From sequence record SRR2962707_1578: a DNA stretch of 64,000 nucleotides, one strand, 5' to 3'. The notes under the pieces were generated by a model. That model saw only the letters and a list, made by a program, of their open reading frames with translations. It did no database searches and was not told the DNA's origin. Shown here one piece after another: positions 1-9,489 of the stretch. A program made the position numbers and the translations under genes. The stretch's first letter is position 1, and every line of letters starts with the position of its first letter.

Positions 1-2881
1 TATCTAGGTCTTTCGCTTTGTAGCGAACCACGTGCAAGATAGGACCAAATTTCTCATCCGTTAGCTGATCAATAGTGGCAATTTCAAACGCAGTAGGTGC
101 AACAAAGGTTCCTTTGTCAGCAAACGTCGGCAATGCGGTTTCGCCGATCAATTTGCCTTCTACTTTCATGCGTTCAATGTGCTCAAGCAACATGGCTTGG
201 GCTTTTTTGTCGATCACTGGACCCACGTCTGTGCTGTGTAGGTAAGGTAAGCCAACAGATTGTTCTTGCATGGCGCCTTTGATCATCGGAATAACTCGAT
301 CAGCGATGTCTTCTTGAACAAACATGACACGCAGAGCTGAACAACGTTGACCAGCAGAAGCGAAGGCGGAACGCACGGCATCACGAACGACTTGCTCAGG
401 CAGAGAAGTAGAGTCGATTAGCATGGCATTCTGACCACCTGTTTCTGCGATAACAGGAACCGGTGCAACACCACGAGCTGCCAAGGTACGGTTGATCAAT
501 TGTGCTGTGCCGGTTGAACCTGTGAAGGCCAAACCTGCAATGCGTTTGTCGCTTGTGATTGGCGCACCAACGGTTGCACCGTCACCTGGAAGTAGGTGAA
601 GTACATCAGTAGGAACACCGGCTTGGTGCATCAATTCAACCGCACGAATCGCGATTAAGCTGGTTTGTTCAGCGGGTTTCGCCACCACTGTGTTACCAAC
701 AACCAATGCCGCTACAACTTGTCCAGAGAAGATCGCCAATGGGAAGTTCCAAGGGCTGATACAAGTGAAGACACCACGACCTGTCATTTGAACGCTTTGT
801 TCTTGACCTAGGTAGTTAGTAAAGGTGTGAGGCGCTGCGAAGTTGCTGCGCGCTTGTTGCGCGTAGTAACGGCAGAAATCCACGGCTTCACGGACTTCGT
901 CAATACTGTCCTGAATGGTTTTACCCGCTTCACGATGACAAAGCGCGATTAGCTCTGGGTAGTTTTCTTCCATTAGGTCGGCAGTTTTGTCTAAGCAATC
1001 AGCACGCTCAGAGGCAGGACGTGCAGACCATGCAGGGAAAGCCGCATCCGCTAGATCAATGGCTTTAGTAACCGTTGCTGCGTCTGCCCAGTCGATTTGA
1101 CCCGCAGTTTCACTGTGGTCATATGGACTAGTAATGGTATGTGTTTGGCCTGTTTCTACTTTTTCGCCACCCACGATAGGGAAAGCACGCCATTGAGTGT
1201 CTTGCGTCATGAAGGCATCAATTTTGGCTTTAAATGGACCCCAATCAGATTCGATCTCGATGTTTGGACCAAACGAGTTTTTGCGGTCTTCAAACATGTC
1301 GATTGGCAGTTTGATGTTTGGGTTCGATAGAGACTTGCGGCCTTCTAGCGTTGTTACTGGGTGATCTACCAATTCAGAAATTGGGCAACGAGCATCGATC
1401 AAACGGTGAACGAAAGAGCTGTTGGCGCCGTTTTCTAGTAGACGACGAACCAAGTAAGGTAGCAAATCTTTATGGCTACCTACTGGTGCGTAGATACGTA
1501 CACAGATGTCATTGCCTTTGATTAGGCTGTTGTATAACGCATCGCCCATGCCGTGAAGGCGTTGGAATTCGTATTCTTGCGTGGTCGCACCTAGCTCTTG
1601 TGCTAAGCAGCTGATGGTCGCAATTGTGTGTGCGTTGTGGCTCGCAAACTGCGGGAAGATGTTCGCGCGAGTGTGTTCGCTCAATAGGAAACGGGCACAA
1701 GCCAAGTAAGAAGTGTCTGTCGCTTCTTTACGAGTGTAAACCGGGTAACCATTGATGCCACGTTGTTGGCAAAGTTTGATCTCAGAATCCCAGTAAGCGC
1801 CTTTTACAAGACGAACAGGGATGCGGTCACCTTGTTCTTTAGCCAAAGCGGCAAGCCAAGCGAGAACAGGTAGCGCGCGTTTTGAGTAGGCTTGAATAAC
1901 CAAACCAAATAAGCCCCAGCCACGAACACTTTCGTCACGGTACAGTTTTTCGAACAGGTGAAGAGACAATTCAAGACGATCTGCTTCTTCTGCATCGATA
2001 GTAATACCGACGTTCAAGGCGCGTGCTTTCGTGATAAGGCCTTTTACGCTTTCGAACAACTCAGTCATCACGCGTTCTTCGCTGCCCACTTCGTAACGTG
2101 GGTGCAGTGCAGACAGTTTGATGGAGATGGTTGGGCGGTAGCCTTTGGTGTACGTATCACGACCAACGGATTCAACCGCTTGCTCGTAAGACTTTAGGTA
2201 TTTGTCTGCATCTGCAGAAGTTAGTGCGGCTTCACCCAACATGTCGAAAGAGTAGGTGTAACCTTTGTCACGGTAGCTTTTGCCACGAGACAAGGCTTCT
2301 TCGATGTTGCGACCCAGTACGAACTGATGTCCCATGATTTTCATCGCTTGGTTCATCGCTTTACGAATCACTGGCTCAGAAACACGGTTTACCATGCGGT
2401 TTACTAGGTTGGCTGGTGTGCCATCGCTTTTTTCGTCCATAGTGACGATTTTGCCGGTTAGCAAAAGTCCCCATGTTGACGCGTTAACGAAGAAGGAATC
2501 AGAGTTTTTAGCGTGAGAAGCCCAATCGGCCACACTTAAACGGTCTTTGATGAAAGCATCTGCAGTGGCTTTGTCTGGCACACGCATTAGTGCTTCGGCC
2601 AAACACATCAGCAAAATGCCTTCTTTTGTGTCTAGGCTGTATTCCAGCAACAAGGCGTCGATCATAGACATGCTGTCATCGTCTTTACGCACTTGTTCGA
2701 TCAATTGTGTAGCAGCATCCGTGCAGGTTTTTAGCGCAGCGTCAGTCGGCTTAGCTAAAGGTAATAATTCGTTTAACCACTTTTCCTCATCCGTATTGTA
2801 AAGAGGAGAAATGAGCTGCCACAATTCGTTTAGTGGTCGCTGAATGAAGTTGGGTTGTAATACTTCAATTGCTTTAAACAT
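1..2881 (-). CDS. putA: Bifunctional proline dehydrogenase / P5C dehydrogenase, 3' end cut by the window edge
   Basis: Missing from the ORF track because it has no stop codon in the window. Manual translation from the ATG at 2881 begins MFKAIEVLQPNF. It contains SFDMLGEAA, RLVKGAYWDSEIK, EFQRLHGMG, RRLLENGAN, ETGGQN, SAGQRCSALR and EKFGPILHVVRY. Confidence 0.97.
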   Translation of the reverse strand, partial: MFKAIEVLQPNFIQRPLNELWQLISPLYNTDEEKWLNELLPLAKPTDAALKTCTDAATQLIEQVRKDDDSMSMIDALLLEYSLDTKEGILLMCLAEALMRVPDKATADAFIKDRLSVADWASHAKNSDSFFVNASTWGLLLTGKIVTMDEKSDGTPANLVNRMVNRVSEPVIRKAMNQAMKIMGHQFVLGRNIEEALSRGKSYRDKGYTYSFDMLGEAALTSADADKYLKSYEQAVESVGRDTYTKGYRPTISIKLSALHPRYEVGSEERVMTELFESVKGLITKARALNVGITIDAEEADRLELSLHLFEKLYRDESVRGWGLFGLVIQAYSKRALPVLAWLAALAKEQGDRIPVRLVKGAYWDSEIKLCQQRGINGYPVYTRKEATDTSYLACARFLLSEHTRANIFPQFASHNAHTIATISCLAQELGATTQEYEFQRLHGMGDALYNSLIKGNDICVRIYAPVGSHKDLLPYLVRRLLENGANSSFVHRLIDARCPISELVDHPVTTLEGRKSLSNPNIKLPIDMFEDRKNSFGPNIEIESDWGPFKAKIDAFMTQDTQWRAFPIVGGEKVETGQTHTITSPYDHSETAGQIDWADAATVTKAIDLADAAFPAWSARPASERADCLDKTADLMEENYPELIALCHREAGKTIQDSIDEVREAVDFCRYYAQQARSNFAAPHTFTNYLGQEQSVQMTGRGVFTCISPWNFPLAIFSGQVVAALVVGNTVVAKPAEQTSLIAIRAVELMHQAGVPTDVLHLLPGDGATVGAPITSDKRIAGLAFTGSTGTAQLINRTLAARGVAPVPVIAETGGQNAMLIDSTSLPEQVVRDAVRSAFASAGQRCSALRVMFVQEDIADRVIPMIKGAMQEQSVGLPYLHSTDVGPVIDKKAQAMLLEHIERMKVEGKLIGETALPTFADKGTFVAPTAFEIATIDQLTDEKFGPILHVVRYKAKDLD

Positions 2882-2901
2882 GGTCGGATTCTCCCGCTAC
2901 A

Positions 2902-2931
2902 AATCAAAAAGCCGGTTGGCTTTTTTTGATT
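2902..2931. promoter_or_regulatory. Terminator-like hairpin immediately upstream of the putA ribosome-binding site
   Basis: AATCAAAAAGCC-GGTT-GGCTTTTTTTGATT is an inverted repeat with A/T runs, about 20 nt upstream of the putA ATG. Confidence 0.5.
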
Positions 2932-3243
2932 AGACCGTGTGTTGTTATAGAGCATCAGGCGATTTTTTGCTTTTTTATTAACGGTTCATTTTTACTGTTA
3001 ATTTTCAAAAAATTGCATGTCTGGATAATGGACACACTTTAGTGACAGAGTGTAGAAACTGTCTTTCGAAAAAGTCGGTTTTTTTTATAAGAAAATCCGA
3101 TTTTAATGGAAGAAAACGTACATCGCTCGATAACTGTGCAAAAACTGTCGCTAAAATGATCGAAATGCTTACGAATGGTGCGTAAGTGGTTTTTAGATAT
3201 TGTCATTTAGCGAAATGGAATATTTTCCAAAAACGTGGAAATA

Positions 3244-4035
3244 TTAACTTTTTGGAAATTGTTTTTGATAACGCAGTGGCGTAATCCCCAATGTTTGAGA
3301 AAACACATTTGTCATTGCACTTTGACTTGAGAAACCACACATCTCTGCCACTTGAATAGGCGGAAACCCTTCGCTCAATAATTTTTGAGCGCGTTCTAAG
3401 CGCTTGCGCATTAAATATTGGTGAGGCGTCATACCGGTTCGTTCTTTAAAGCGTTCGTGAAATTGGCTCACACTTAAGAAACAAAAATTGGCTAACTGAC
3501 TAATATGAACACGGCGCGATAAGTTGAGCTCGATAAACTGATCCAGCTTAGTAATGTCCAGCTGGTTGCCACGGACTCTTACGTCTTTGTTATTCGTCAA
3601 CTGATGGCGAATAGCGCTGAGTAAGGTGTTACCACAGGCTCGGGCTAACATTGGGTCGTTTGGGTATTGTTGTAGCTCGCCAGATAAGGCGGAGGCTAGA
3701 ATTTGTAACCTAGGATTTAATTGAAAGTAGGCCGCTTGGTCAAAGAGCCGTGACACTATCTCATATTCTTCGTCGGTAATGGCTTTTTGTGGTGGAATAG
3801 GAAGGTTAACCACCATGATCTGATTGTCGCCTAGGCCCGCAAAGGCATGACTGTTTTCAGATGGCAAAATACAGCCACCACCAGTAGGAAGCTGTCTGCT
3901 TTTACCCTCAATATCGAAGTCCGTCTTACCATCAACCACCACCACAAGTTGATGGTAATCATGGTCGTGAGTATCGGCTTCATTAGGCAAACTGAAAACG
4001 TCAGATTCAGAAGAAGTCAAAGTACATAAACTCAT
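3244..4035 (-). CDS. AraC-family transcriptional regulator, probable putA activator
   Basis: N-terminal cupin (HDHDYHQL) and C-terminal double HTH (CGFSSQSAMTNVF...GITPLRY). Directly upstream of putA. The ATG at 4035 is preferred over the TTG at 4062. Confidence 0.9.
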   Translation of the reverse strand: MSLCTLTSSESDVFSLPNEADTHDHDYHQLVVVVDGKTDFDIEGKSRQLPTGGGCILPSENSHAFAGLGDNQIMVVNLPIPPQKAITDEEYEIVSRLFDQAAYFQLNPRLQILASALSGELQQYPNDPMLARACGNTLLSAIRHQLTNNKDVRVRGNQLDITKLDQFIELNLSRRVHISQLANFCFLSVSQFHERFKERTGMTPHQYLMRKRLERAQKLLSEGFPPIQVAEMCGFSSQSAMTNVFSQTLGITPLRYQKQFPKS

Positions 4036-4152
4036 CAATATAGTAGTGGAAAATAATCCCAAGTATAGCTGTCTTAATAGGCCTTTAGTAGAGGGGAGAT
4101 GATGAGATTTATTCAGTCCGCTAGTTCGTTCTCGCGGTGTTGCGTGATAGTA

Positions 4153-4182
4153 AAGACACCTTATTGATCTATAAGGTGTCTT
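4153..4182. terminator. Inverted repeat downstream of the quinone oxidoreductase gene
   Basis: AAGACACCTTAT-TGATCT-ATAAGGTGTCTT perfect stem. Confidence 0.55.
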
Positions 4183-4195
4183 CGGTCGGTAATGG

Positions 4196-5155
4196 CTAGT
4201 TAACTTGAACCACTAAGTTGCCTAATGCGCCTGATAATAAGACGTCATCGTGCGCTTGTGCGAGTTCGGTTAATGGGTAACTTTTACGAACGACGGGTTT
4301 TAATACGCCTTTTTGAAACAGCGGCAGCATGCTTTTGGCAATAAGTTGTAGATCTTTTGGTTGAGCATTTGCCAAGGCGACACCAATAACAGAGGCGTCA
4401 CGAGCCATTAAGTCTCTAGGGTTAATCTCCACGGTTCCTCGGTTGCCAACAACGGCCACACAACCACCAAAAGCCAAGGCTTTTAAATCTTGATCTAGGT
4501 TGTGATTGGCGAGCATCTCAATGATCACATTAAAGCCGTTTTCAAGTGACTGAAAAGGCGCTAAATGATTGTCTTCATTGTGCAAGATGACGTTCGTCAC
4601 ACCCAGTTGATTAAGCAGTTCAACACCCGCTTGAGTGCCTGCGCTGGCAACAACTTCCATTCCTGCGGCTAACGCAAGTTGTACTGCTGCCGTACCAACG
4701 GCGCCAGTGGCTCCATGGATCAATACTTTGTCGCCGGCTTTTGCTTGCGCACGTCCAAACAGTGCGCGATGCGCCGTTGTGAAAGGAATACCAAGGCAAG
4801 CACCTTCTTCAAAGCTTAGGCAGTCCGCTAGAGGGAACAGTCTATCTGGCGCACAAATGGTGTATTCAGCGGCAGAACCGCCTAGGTTGCGGCTAAAATA
4901 CACGCGTTGTCCGACGGTAAAACCAACAACGTTTGCGCCCACTTCCATAACGGTACCGGCACCGTCTGAACCTGGTGTATGAGGAAAGGTCGCAGAATAA
5001 TTATTTACGCCTGAGCGAATGTAAGTATCGACAGGGTTGACGCCGGCCGCGCCGACTTTTACCAATACCTGATCTGCATTTATTGTTGGTGTGTCAACGT
5101 CAACCAATGTTAGATCGCTTGCTGGGCCATAATTCATTATCTGCATTGCTTTCAT
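4196..5155 (-). CDS. NADPH:quinone reductase (zeta-crystallin, MDR family)
   Basis: AAGVNPVD, PGSDGAG and VLIHGATGAVG motifs. Probable start MKAMQ at 5155. Confidence 0.88.
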   Translation of the reverse strand: MKAMQIMNYGPASDLTLVDVDTPTINADQVLVKVGAAGVNPVDTYIRSGVNNYSATFPHTPGSDGAGTVMEVGANVVGFTVGQRVYFSRNLGGSAAEYTICAPDRLFPLADCLSFEEGACLGIPFTTAHRALFGRAQAKAGDKVLIHGATGAVGTAAVQLALAAGMEVVASAGTQAGVELLNQLGVTNVILHNEDNHLAPFQSLENGFNVIIEMLANHNLDQDLKALAFGGCVAVVGNRGTVEINPRDLMARDASVIGVALANAQPKDLQLIAKSMLPLFQKGVLKPVVRKSYPLTELAQAHDDVLLSGALGNLVVQVN

Positions 5156-5296
5156 AAAACTCTCGCTTATCACCGTAGTTGTAATTGTTGTTTACGTAGA
5201 ATATTACTGTATGGAAACAGTCTATGGGATATCGGAATATATGGGAATCTTCTTATGATGAGAAATAGTCCCTGAGCGGTGTGCTGGAAAGTCTGT

Positions 5297-5330
5297 TTTT
5301 AACATTTCTGTAACACTGTGGCGTTATAGT
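5297..5330 (+). promoter_or_regulatory. Pho box plus -10 element (candidate PhoB-dependent phoU promoter)
   Basis: TTTTAAC-ATTT-CTGTAAC (11-bp periodic half-sites, 5297-5314), followed exactly 10 bp later by TATAGT (5325-5330). This is the canonical Pho promoter geometry. Confidence 0.7.
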
Positions 5331-5528
5331 TCGGGCTTAATATGAGTAGTCTGGTGATAGAGTAAGCAAATATCTTATATTGGTGTTCTGTTTATTTTCT
5401 TGGGAAGGACTGCTTAATGGCTTTTTAAGCCTTGATGAAAAACCAAACGCTAAAGCAATACAGTCAATCAACGGGTTTCCATTAAACCGCATTACAGTCA
5501 TTAAGGCATCGAGGCGGAAGGACTAATT

Positions 5529-6239
5529 ATGAAAGAACTAACATCAGATCACACATCGAAACAGTTTAACAACGAGCTGGAAGCTTTACGTCAGCACTTT
5601 CTGACGATGGGTGGTGTGGTTGAATTACAAGTACAGAATGCCGTTCAAGCTTTGATTGATAGCAATGGTTCTTTAGCTGAAGATGTGAAAGACAAAGACG
5701 CTACGGTAAACGAGCTGGATGGCATCATCGATCAGGAATGTAACCGTATACTGGCAAAACGTCAGCCAGCCGCTGGTGACTTACGCATGGTCTTATCCAT
5801 CAGTAAAGCCGTCAGTGAGCTTGAACGTATGGGTGATGAAGCGAAGAAAATTGCACGATTAACGCTGAAATTGATTGATGAAGGTGAGTCTCCTCGCGGT
5901 TATGTAGAGATCAACCGTATTGGTCAAATGGTGTCACGTATGATTCGCGATACCTTGGATGCTTATGCCCGTTTAGACATCGATGCCGCGATTGCCGTTG
6001 TAAAACAAGACCATTCGGTGGACCAAGAATACAAAACGGCGTTGCGTTCTTTGGCTACTTACATGATGGAAGACCCTCGCAGTATTTCTCGTGTATTGAA
6101 CGTTATCTGGGTCTTACGCTCCTTAGAGCGAATTGGCGATTACTCACGTCATGTATGCCAGCATTTGGTGTTTATGGTGAAAGGGGTGGATGTTCGTCAT
6201 ACGCCAGCCCATGAGATTGCTGCCCAAGTAAACCAGTAA
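5529..6239 (+). CDS. phoU: Phosphate signalling complex protein PhoU
   Basis: Two PhoU repeats: RQPAAGDLR...ELERMGD and MMEDPRSI...SLERIGD. Confidence 0.97.
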   Translation: MKELTSDHTSKQFNNELEALRQHFLTMGGVVELQVQNAVQALIDSNGSLAEDVKDKDATVNELDGIIDQECNRILAKRQPAAGDLRMVLSISKAVSELERMGDEAKKIARLTLKLIDEGESPRGYVEINRIGQMVSRMIRDTLDAYARLDIDAAIAVVKQDHSVDQEYKTALRSLATYMMEDPRSISRVLNVIWVLRSLERIGDYSRHVCQHLVFMVKGVDVRHTPAHEIAAQVNQ

Positions 6240-6422
6240 TCACCTTGTTATATTGATCGCTTGTTTTGATGAGTATGAGTTGCTCTAGGTCGCGTTGTGA
6301 CCAAGGGCAGCTTTTCCCTATCGCGCCTCTCAATTCCCCATTCTTTTACGTATTTCATATTGGTTCTTGATCTGACTTTGCCTATCATTCGATGATTATT
6401 TTCATTGATTAGGTAAGCACCC

Positions 6423-6923
6423 ATGTTTGAGATAGACGTCAACTCGAATAGCACACCTGAAGTGTATTATCAGGAATTGAACGACCAGTTGGCCGGCTTG
6501 TTGACGGGGGAGCGTGATTTGATCTGCAACGCCGCTCAGTTTTCTGCGTTTATTATGCAAACGGTAGCGGATTTAAATTGGGCGGGTTTTTACTTTGCCC
6601 GCAACGAAGCGCTGGTTTTAGGGCCTTATGTTGGCAAAGTAGCGTGCACTCGGATACCTTTTGGACGAGGCGTATGTGGCGCCGCTGCCTTACACCAAGA
6701 AACCCAACGCGTTGAAGATGTGCATGCCTTCTCAGGCCACATCGCGTGTGATTCCGCGTCGGCGTCTGAAGTGGTTATCCCGGTTGTGGTTGAGGGGCGC
6801 TTAGTAGGAGTGTTTGATATGGACAGCCCATCAACAGCACGCTTCTCGGCAACGGATCAAATCGGTTTAGAGAGATTGGTTGACACGTTTGTGGCCGCAA
6901 CGGATTTCACTTGGTCGCTGTAA
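6423..6923 (+). CDS. msrC: GAF-domain free methionine-(R)-sulfoxide reductase
   Basis: LNWAGFY, ACTRIPFGRGVCG and HIACD...SEVVIP motifs. Confidence 0.9.
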   Translation: MFEIDVNSNSTPEVYYQELNDQLAGLLTGERDLICNAAQFSAFIMQTVADLNWAGFYFARNEALVLGPYVGKVACTRIPFGRGVCGAAALHQETQRVEDVHAFSGHIACDSASASEVVIPVVVEGRLVGVFDMDSPSTARFSATDQIGLERLVDTFVAATDFTWSL

Positions 6924-7023
6924 GATAAGGTGTTGTTACGCGCTTTGGCCTTGCTTGAAGAATGAGGTAGCTGCCCGCCACACTGGCGGCCATGGCGCGG
7001 TGAAATAAGACATTAAGACAATG

Positions 7024-8820
7024 CTATGAGCGCTGGAAAAAGTGCTTGATGCGTATGTTTAGCTGAGATTGCGTTAGGGGAAAAGTGATACTTTGCGCGC
7101 TCGCTAAGTAAGGGCAGTGTTCTGCATCCAGCTCAAGGAGATGATCGTATAAAACCAGCGCGCCATTTTTTTGCCATTGTAGAATACTGGCTTCTGTTTC
7201 TGGGCTGATCAAGTCAGGTTCAGTGATGATCACCAGATCAATTTCCTCTTCTTCGTGATGAGGGCCTTCCGAATAGTATCCTGCCTCAATATTCAAATCC
7301 CCTAATTGCATGCGTAGAAATTGGGCTAAATGCATGTCTTTGGTGAAAATAAGCGCTCTTTTTTGCAAAGAACAAACGAAAGTCTCTCTCTCTTCTGTGT
7401 GCTCTTGGTCTGTCTCATAAGGAATATCAACCCAGAACTCGGTTCCCGTATTGGGTTCGCTCGAGAAGTGAATGTCCCCCCCCATTAAGTGAACGAGCTG
7501 ATAGCAAAGGGACAGACCCAGTCCAATGTCGCTTTGTAATATAGAGTGCTGGTCATTTTGTGTTAGAGGAGACGAGCGTAAGTGTTTTTGAAGCGAGTTT
7601 TCTAACCCAAAGCCCGTGTCTTTTATGGCTATTTGTAACATGGCAAAGCGATTGCCCCCGTTGCTGTTCTGCGGGGGCGCCAAGCTAGAAGGTCTAACAT
7701 GAATGCTAATGCTGCCTTTTGAGGTATGGCTAATGGCGTTTTGCAGTAGCTCTAAGAGGATTTCCTTTATGCGTTTGAAGTCTAGATTGATCATGGAGGG
7801 TAAGGCAGGATCAATATAGCTCACTAATTTTAAGCCTTTGGGCTGTAATTTATGGGCGAAAATATGCACATAGTCGTCGAGGTTTTTTTGCAATGATTCG
7901 GTGGTTGTCACCAAATTGAGCTTTTGCGCGTCCATCAAGACCAAATCAGAAAACATATTAATCGTATGCAGCAGCTCATTTGCCGATTCTTTAACGTTCG
8001 TTGAGAAGGTGGGGCTGGAGCCGTTGTTTTTGTCTGCTGAGCTGGAGGGTTGTCCTAATAACGCCTGGATTTGAGGTCGTGTTTCTTGCACGACAAGCGC
8101 CAATATTTTGGCTTTTTCATCATGAATATCTTGGACTTCTTGAACCAACTGTTGGTTTTTTTTCTGATTCTTTCTGAACACAGATAAGCCTTTCACAATG
8201 CAAAAGCAGAGTAAAAACAAGCTCGCAAGAAAGCACACCATGAGGATGCGGACGCGTTCTAGATTGTCCCCTAGGGCGCGTCTTTGTCGGGCGATGTATT
8301 TATTGGTGCCTTGACTGACTAGCACGGTAAATTCGTTAACCTGGTTATCGAGTCGCTTTAACCGAGTCGTCATATCATTGAGATAGGAAAGGTCGCCTTC
8401 TTCGATTTTCGACAGGTTTAAACTGATCAGCTCCAGTTCACCAGTAATGATATTGAGCAGGCGTACGGTTCTGCCACCGGTTAAGCCGCGAATCAGATAA
8501 CCCACTTCACCGTTACGTAACAGGTCGACACGGCTCATTAATAGATCGTATTGCGCATAGGCAGCGCCGTTTAGAGGCAGATCGTTTTTATCGAGTTCTA
8601 CCAGATAGTTAAGAAAGCGATACGACTGCAACTGAAATTGTAACGAGTTCCAAAGAGAGTCTTCATAAATTCGTTGCTTGGTCGCTTGTGAGCCATCGCT
8701 AGAATAGATAACGAGACTGAAGGAGAGTAATAGAGTGCTAATGAAAAAAGTGGCTAACCCGTAAAGGTACCAGTGCTGCAATTTAGGCGGAAAGAGTTTT
8801 TGCATAAATCGCGTTAGCAT
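7024..8820 (-). CDS. Membrane hybrid histidine-kinase-like protein with degenerate H-box and receiver domain
   Basis: Two TM segments flank a periplasmic helical domain. HATPase N box (ELLQNAISHT), G1 (KDTGFGL) and G2 (IGLGLSLC) are present. The H-box reads VVQETRP and the C-terminal REC-like domain reads DLVIITE. Confidence 0.8.
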   Translation of the reverse strand: MLTRFMQKLFPPKLQHWYLYGLATFFISTLLLSFSLVIYSSDGSQATKQRIYEDSLWNSLQFQLQSYRFLNYLVELDKNDLPLNGAAYAQYDLLMSRVDLLRNGEVGYLIRGLTGGRTVRLLNIITGELELISLNLSKIEEGDLSYLNDMTTRLKRLDNQVNEFTVLVSQGTNKYIARQRRALGDNLERVRILMVCFLASLFLLCFCIVKGLSVFRKNQKKNQQLVQEVQDIHDEKAKILALVVQETRPQIQALLGQPSSSADKNNGSSPTFSTNVKESANELLHTINMFSDLVLMDAQKLNLVTTTESLQKNLDDYVHIFAHKLQPKGLKLVSYIDPALPSMINLDFKRIKEILLELLQNAISHTSKGSISIHVRPSSLAPPQNSNGGNRFAMLQIAIKDTGFGLENSLQKHLRSSPLTQNDQHSILQSDIGLGLSLCYQLVHLMGGDIHFSSEPNTGTEFWVDIPYETDQEHTEERETFVCSLQKRALIFTKDMHLAQFLRMQLGDLNIEAGYYSEGPHHEEEEIDLVIITEPDLISPETEASILQWQKNGALVLYDHLLELDAEHCPYLASAQSITFPLTQSQLNIRIKHFFQRS

Positions 8821-8823
8821 ATT

Positions 8824-9342
8824 TTATTCTTCCTGAGCGCTATTGGTGAGTACCTTGATCGAGCTGACTTGCCAAATGGCTCGCCAATAGTAAACCTCAT
8901 TGCGCAAATGCTCATTATCATCAAATGGGTAGAGCACCATTATTGGCCCTAGGTTTCTGATACTAATGTTTTTACCGTCTTTTTTAATGGCAAAAATAGC
9001 GCCGTACTTCACAAAATCGCTAACTGGAATATCAATGACATACTGATTAAGCGCCCTGATTCTTAACGTGGCGCCTGTGCCACCCACTAGCTTTAGTAAG
9101 TCCATGGCGGAAAAGCCAATATAGTCGTGTGGGCGTTCGTTTTTGCTAACCCAACCCATGGTTGTGGTGAGCTTATGCTGAGGTAAGGCCTCCAGCATTT
9201 TTCTGTCGAGTTGTGCGCTGTCGCCAACGTTCGTATTGGCGACATTACCCGTTAAGGTTAATAGTACGGGTCCAGTAGGCTGAGGCAGTGCAAACACTGG
9301 TGTGACGAAAAGTAGCATCACAGATAATAGAAATGCACGCAT
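8824..9342 (-). CDS. Periplasmic molybdopterin-oxidoreductase-like (SUOX-fold, PruR-like) protein
   Basis: Signal peptide, then PQPTGPVLLTLTG, ALNQYVIDIP, RNLGPIMVLYPFD and WQV. No Cys. Its stop lies 3 bp before the kinase start. Confidence 0.72.
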   Translation of the reverse strand: MRAFLLSVMLLFVTPVFALPQPTGPVLLTLTGNVANTNVGDSAQLDRKMLEALPQHKLTTTMGWVSKNERPHDYIGFSAMDLLKLVGGTGATLRIRALNQYVIDIPVSDFVKYGAIFAIKKDGKNISIRNLGPIMVLYPFDDNEHLRNEVYYWRAIWQVSSIKVLTNSAQEE

Positions 9343-9489
9343 ACATAGATCCCTTATGATTTAGTCATTCTTCATCATAACAAAGTGCGGACAATTTGCA
9401 GAGAACGTGATTGAGCACAATAACGTCTATGGTTATAACAAACGCCCAGTAAGTTATATAGGGCGCTGTTAGGAGAGAGTCAAGCTTGG

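Noticed and set aside
97..2801. Short ORFs listed over the first 2.8 kb
   Set aside because: They are antisense or off-frame shadows of putA.
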